A stretch of 63,989 bases of DNA, counting the filler. It is 7 parts of 7 records of this genome, joined end to end, with 100 filler letters (N's around TTAATTAATTAA, not from the genome) between each part and the next. Parts side by side here need not be neighbours in the genome. Positions count along the whole stretch, not along the records: positions 58,828 to 63,989 come from SRR31147125_11025; 6 more parts are not named here. One strand, given 5' to 3'. The notes beneath the pieces are model-generated. The model saw only the letters and a program-made list of their open reading frames with translations. It searched no databases and was not told the origin of the DNA. This document shows positions 59,474 through 63,989 of the stretch, piece by piece; the first letter of the stretch is position 1, and every line of letters begins with the position of its first letter. The position numbers were made by a program, and so were the translations under genes.

Positions 59474-60940
59474 TTATGTCAAGGATAAAAGCGGCGGTTC
59501 CACCGTGCTGAAGAAGGCCGATAGGACACGAAAAATCATATGGGGATCTTCATTCCCGGTGATTTCCCTGATGGCGTGCATCCCCAACGTTGGGGCACCG
59601 ACATCCACCGTTTTAATGCCCGTGGAAGCGGCAACGATGGGTCCGATGGTGCTCCCGCATGGCATGTCGCTGCGCATAACGAAGGTCTGAAAGGGCACAC
59701 CTGCGCGCCTGCACAGCACCTGAAACAGAGCGGAAGATTCACAATCCGATACATAGCGCATATTGGCATTGAGTTTCAATACCGGTCCGCTATTCAGCAT
59801 CACTGCATGGGTCGGGTCATACCGCTCCCCATGGGACGGATTGACGGCATGGGCATTGTCCAAAGAAATCATGAAGGATTTTGCCGCCGTCCGATATCGG
59901 TTTTCACTGTCCGGGATTATTCTTGAGAGTATCGAATTTAAAAACGCGCCTCCGGCACCGCCAACGGTGTTACTTCCCACCTCTTCGTGGTCGGCGCAAT
60001 AAAGCAATGACATGGCAGCCCCTTTTGACGCCGCAATGCCATGGAGCCCGGCATGGCAGGATAGCAGATTGTCCAATCTCGGTGCTGAAATCATTTCTTG
60101 GTTGAATCCGATATAATGAGGCGAGAGATGCTCAGTAAAAAAGAGATCAAAATCAAACAGATCTTGAATCTCTAAATCGGAATAGGCTTTACCGACCTGG
60201 TCAAGCACTACTTTTTTGAGTAATTTGGATGGCAGGCTCTTTAACTCCGAGAACTCTTCCTTCTTGCCGTTGGTGTTCCCATTTGCATGATAGTCGTTTC
60301 CATGACTTCCATCGGAGTTGGTTAAATAAACCAACGGCGCCATATCCACTTGCACATTCACACTTCTTTTACTGTTTGCTTCTCGGTCCAGATGAATCGG
60401 GAGAGACGGCACAATCCCAACCGGCCGGTTAAAATTAATCAGCAAGGTCCGAATCGTCCCTTTTGCTTTAAAATTTTTGTGTTCATCATTATCACTGTCT
60501 TCCCCCTTCTCTCCATCTTTTTGCCCATCACAATTATTTTTCAGCAGCACTGTCACTCGACCGGCCAAATTCAATCCCCGATCAAACCAACTATTCAGCA
60601 GAGCGCCCCCATACATTTCCACTCCCAGTCGTGTTGTGCTGCCGACTTCAAGTTCCGGAAGGGGTTTTACTTTCAGTGCCGGACTGTCCGTATGCGCTCC
60701 GCAAATCCTGATACCTGTTTCCCATGGTTTGTATTCACCGGTATAAAACGCGATGAGGGCCCCGCTGTTTCGAATCACATAGTACTTTGAAAAACTCTCC
60801 AACTGCCAAGCCTCCCCCTCTTTAAGTTCTACAAATCCCTTTTTGGAGAGAGTGGCCGCCATATTTGAAACCGCATGGTAAGCGGTTGGCGATTTATCAA
60901 GAAATTGAAAAAGCGCTTCGTTATAATTTGTTAAATCCAT
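59474..60940 (-). CDS. M18 family (aspartyl) aminopeptidase
   Basis: SPTAYHAV, GAHTDSP, RLDNL, DHEEVGS, CGSTIGP and MHAIRE motifs. Confidence 0.93.
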   Translation of the reverse strand: MDLTNYNEALFQFLDKSPTAYHAVSNMAATLSKKGFVELKEGEAWQLESFSKYYVIRNSGALIAFYTGEYKPWETGIRICGAHTDSPALKVKPLPELEVGSTTRLGVEMYGGALLNSWFDRGLNLAGRVTVLLKNNCDGQKDGEKGEDSDNDEHKNFKAKGTIRTLLINFNRPVGIVPSLPIHLDREANSKRSVNVQVDMAPLVYLTNSDGSHGNDYHANGNTNGKKEEFSELKSLPSKLLKKVVLDQVGKAYSDLEIQDLFDFDLFFTEHLSPHYIGFNQEMISAPRLDNLLSCHAGLHGIAASKGAAMSLLYCADHEEVGSNTVGGAGGAFLNSILSRIIPDSENRYRTAAKSFMISLDNAHAVNPSHGERYDPTHAVMLNSGPVLKLNANMRYVSDCESSALFQVLCRRAGVPFQTFVMRSDMPCGSTIGPIVAASTGIKTVDVGAPTLGMHAIREITGNEDPHMIFRVLSAFFSTVEPPLLSLT

Positions 60941-61151
60941 AAGAACCAACTTTATCTTTCATTTAAGTTGTTTTGCCCTATTCATGTTTCCTTGCATAAC
61001 ACAAGGAACACGCAATCTCAGCCTCGTCTTCATTTTTCACATATTGACTCTTTCCGCTTTCCCATTTAGTACAAACAGTGAAAGAATACCATGGGAAAAA
61101 TCCACTGTTTTTTACTTAAAACATATAGAGAACGTCGAAGGAGAGATCAGC

Positions 61152-61670
61152 ATGAAAAAAGGATACATTCAAATCTATACCGGAAATGGAAAAGGGAAAA
61201 CAACCGCATCCTTGGGTCTGATTTTGAGACAACTGGGGGCGGATGGAAAGATATTCATGGGACAATTTCTCAAACAAGGCGATTATTCGGAGATCAATAT
61301 GCTGAAACGATTTCCCGATCAAATAACCGTGGAGCAATACGGATTGGGAAAATTTGTGAAAGGCAATCCGTCACCGGACGATGTAGAAGCCGGTAAAAAG
61401 GGGTATGCCCGACTTAAGGAAATCGTGCAAAAAGGAGCGCACGACCTGGTGGTGATGGATGAGGGGAACATCGCGGTTCACTTTAATATTATTTCAGAAA
61501 AAGAACTTCTGGAACTGTTCGACATGAAAGCCGACCATGTAGAGCTGATTGTGACCGGAAGGGGCGCAACACCCGCCATCATCGAACGGGCCGATCTCGT
61601 CACGGAAATGACGGAAATCAAGCATTATTATAAAGCCGGTGTGAAAGCCAGAGTCGGCATTGAAAAATAA
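61152..61670 (+). CDS. cobO: Cob(I)yrinic acid a,c-diamide adenosyltransferase
   Basis: YTGNGKGKTTA, QFLK, DE, TGR, ADLVTEM..IKH and GIE motifs. Confidence 0.92.
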   Translation: MKKGYIQIYTGNGKGKTTASLGLILRQLGADGKIFMGQFLKQGDYSEINMLKRFPDQITVEQYGLGKFVKGNPSPDDVEAGKKGYARLKEIVQKGAHDLVVMDEGNIAVHFNIISEKELLELFDMKADHVELIVTGRGATPAIIERADLVTEMTEIKHYYKAGVKARVGIEK

Positions 61671-61732
61671 CCCATCCCACACTCCCCCTTCCGGACACGA
61701 TTCCGGAAGGGAAACTAGGGCTCAACGATTGC

Positions 61733-61936
61733 TTACACCGTCATCCACCTTGCCTGACGGTTATCGAACTCCTGAACGATTTTTTCATCAAGAGGATTTT
61801 TGGGATCGGCATTCATCAAATCCTCGATTTTCATTCTCAGTCTGTCATCAAATGTATGGGTAATCCGAGTGCCAGGTGCCTGTGCTATGGTTCTTTCGAA
61901 CAGTTCCGGATACAGCACATCTTTAAAGTGCTTCAT
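61733..61936 (-). CDS. Small hypothetical protein
   Basis: A 67-72 aa ORF with plausible composition. No family recognised. Confidence 0.4.
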   Translation of the reverse strand: MKHFKDVLYPELFERTIAQAPGTRITHTFDDRLRMKIEDLMNADPKNPLDEKIVQEFDNRQARWMTV

Positions 61937-62337
61937 GGTGTGAGGCTCCATGAGAAATGCTCCCCCGGCCCGATTTTATCCACCAGATCAAGGGTCAACG
62001 TATCTTCCGAAACAGGAACACCATCCATAAATCGTTTCACCATGCTCAAAATCTCCTGTCCCATCACAACAATAGATGAAAGCTCTTTTATTACAGCATC
62101 TTATGGAGAAATTCCAACAGAAAAATACCAAATTTATATAAATACAATTTATTTTACATAATTCTTTTATTTTACAATGCAGCTATCAAATTTTTTTGAT
62201 CTTTCTCTCTATTTTCTTTACCCATTTCATGCTATGGTGTTAAAATTTTTCGTTTATATCGACCCAATATTTGCCGATTGACGTTGAAAACTTCATTTAT
62301 CAAACCATACCCCACATGCGTTAAGGTTTTTTCAAGA

Positions 62338-63989
62338 ATGACATTGGAACAGAACTCATTAACAGACACGCTCAACTTCGAAGATATCGATCTTTTTGCC
62401 ATCCTGTTTCACATGCATGAAGGCGTTTTGATTACAGACCAGGATGGAACCATCCTGTTTTACAACACCACCCAAGCAAAAATTGACGACTTTGACATCG
62501 ACTATGCCGTGGGTAAAAAGATCACGGATCTATACCAACTCAGCGAAACCGACAGCACCACCATGCAATGTATTCGGAGCGGTCGTCCCATCCGAAATCA
62601 TCTCATTGTCTATCAAACCCGCCTTGGCAAAATTGCCAATACCATCAGCAATGTTTTTCCTCTTTTTAAAGACGACAAAAGCATGGGAGCCATCAGCTTT
62701 ACCAAAGATTATCAAATGCTTGAGGATATCATATCAACGGCACCGCCAACCCGGCCGCCCAATGAGAACCCGACACAGGGGTATGCCAACGGCACCCGGT
62801 TCAAATTCCCGGATATCATCGGCACCAATGCGGTGTTGGATCAGGCCGTCCATTCGGCAAAACTGGCAGCGAATTCACCCTCCCCCATCATGCTATCCGG
62901 AGAAACCGGTACCGGTAAGGAACTGTTTGCCCAGGCCATCCATAACTTTCGAAAAACATCAAGGGATACATTTATCCCCATAAACTGTTCCGCCATTCCG
63001 GAAAATTTACTGGAGGGAATCTTATTTGGAACTTCCAAAGGAGCATTCACCGGATCCGTCGATAAGCCAGGGCTATTTGAACAGGCCAATGGAGGGACCA
63101 TTTTCCTAGATGAGCTGGACTCCATGCCCATGGCGCTCCAAGCCAAGGTGCTTCGTGTGATTCAGGAAAAACGAGTCCGTCGACTGGGCTCCCTCGACGA
63201 GATCGATCTGGAGGTCAAAATTATCAGCACCGTCAACAAAGATCCCCATCAAATCATTAAAACCGGCGCTCTCCGACTGGATCTATTTTATCGGATGGGA
63301 GTGGTCTTTATCCAAATTCCTCCGTTGCGGGAACGTATGGACGATTTAGATGAACTGGTGACCCACTTTATCGAAAAGCTGAACACCACGTTGGAAAAGC
63401 AGGTGAGTGGACTTTCGGCACGGGTCCATGAGCTGTTTCACGGATATTTCTGGCCGGGGAATGTAAGAGAACTCGAGCACGTCATTGAAGGAGCCATGAA
63501 CATGGTGAACACAGGTAAATCCGTAAAGATGAAGCACTTGCCGGCCCATGTTCTCAGTGCATTGCGCTATCCTGCACAAGAGCCGACATCTCATCGCAAC
63601 ATGAAAGACAACGGGAAGTTCACCACCACTGGGCCCCCTTCCGCATCCAATGCCCCGCACGATATCGGCAACAGCTTGCACCGAATCGGAAAAACCGGAA
63701 TGCCTCACCCCCCCGAGTTTGATTCGCCTCACCCGGATCCGGCATATCCGGCATACCCTGCGGTACCGCCATTTCAAAGGATGAAAAGTGTCGTACCGGG
63801 AAAAACGCCGTCGCAATTCAGGCCCATGACCCTTTCCGAAGCGCAGTGCGCCAGTGAGCAGGAGAGCATCTGCCATGCATTGAAATCAACCCACGGAAAT
63901 GCGGCCAAAGCAGCGCGAATGCTTGGCATCTCCCCCCAATCTTTTCATTACAAGTTAAAAAAATATAAGATTGACCGCAAAGACTTTTT
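62338..63989 (+). CDS. PAS-domain sigma-54-dependent Fis-family activator (RocR-like), runs off window end
   Basis: Open frame from ATG 62338, with PAS (HEGVLITDQDGTILFYN), GETGTGKE, GAFTGS, FLDE, WPGNVRELE and a C-terminal HTH (GNAAKAARMLGI). It is absent from the ORF track because there is no stop. Confidence 0.92.
   Translation, partial: MTLEQNSLTDTLNFEDIDLFAILFHMHEGVLITDQDGTILFYNTTQAKIDDFDIDYAVGKKITDLYQLSETDSTTMQCIRSGRPIRNHLIVYQTRLGKIANTISNVFPLFKDDKSMGAISFTKDYQMLEDIISTAPPTRPPNENPTQGYANGTRFKFPDIIGTNAVLDQAVHSAKLAANSPSPIMLSGETGTGKELFAQAIHNFRKTSRDTFIPINCSAIPENLLEGILFGTSKGAFTGSVDKPGLFEQANGGTIFLDELDSMPMALQAKVLRVIQEKRVRRLGSLDEIDLEVKIISTVNKDPHQIIKTGALRLDLFYRMGVVFIQIPPLRERMDDLDELVTHFIEKLNTTLEKQVSGLSARVHELFHGYFWPGNVRELEHVIEGAMNMVNTGKSVKMKHLPAHVLSALRYPAQEPTSHRNMKDNGKFTTTGPPSASNAPHDIGNSLHRIGKTGMPHPPEFDSPHPDPAYPAYPAVPPFQRMKSVVPGKTPSQFRPMTLSEAQCASEQESICHALKSTHGNAAKAARMLGISPQSFHYKLKKYKIDRKDF

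Noticed and set aside
62444-63876. ORF-track entries 62444-62983, 62841-63146 and 63346-63876
   Set aside because: They are shadow frames of the real sigma-54 activator running from 62338 to the window end.

Overview
The window is not one genomic locus. It is seven unrelated contigs joined by artificial N-run/TTAATTAATTAA/N-run linkers, and many genes carry single-base frameshifts in homopolymer runs, most likely sequencing errors. (1) 1-6975, Bacteroidota-like: 5' part of rnpB, an uncharacterised membrane-anchored regulator plus lipoprotein pair beside an 11-bp tandem repeat, a TPR protein, DUF2339, Smr and queA. (2) 7076-14196, Desulfobacterota-like: a dense two-component cluster with a SulP transporter. 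(3) 14297-22765, AT-rich: a co-oriented array of unrelated short genes (GNATs, class D beta-lactamase, DUF4269, HAD, Ddl-like, CsaA, CIA30) separated by attC-like sites, i.e. an integron-type cassette array with no integrase in view. (4) 22866-40716, FCB-superphylum-like housekeeping: degP, purB, purC, psd, pssA, two tatA, gatAB, efp, accBC, gcvH, gcvPA, then a PorV-family gene and an M6-like protein lacking HExxH. (5) 40817-47818, Desulfobacterota-like: hslO, LysM transglycosylase, dus, a probable selenocysteine-containing HdrD/GlpC-like protein and an HdrA-MvhD fusion. (6) 47919-58727: two tRNAs, hydrolases, metallopeptidases, an OFA transporter, gamma-carbonic anhydrase and patatin. (7) 58828-63989, Desulfobacterota-like: RsbRD-N protein, M18 aminopeptidase, cobO and a sigma-54 activator. 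The best leads are the atypical cassette array, the Sec-recoded Hdr-like gene, the ToxR/ToxS-like Bacteroidota pair and the PorV-linked pseudo-protease. Taxonomy is inferred from gene content and promoter style only.
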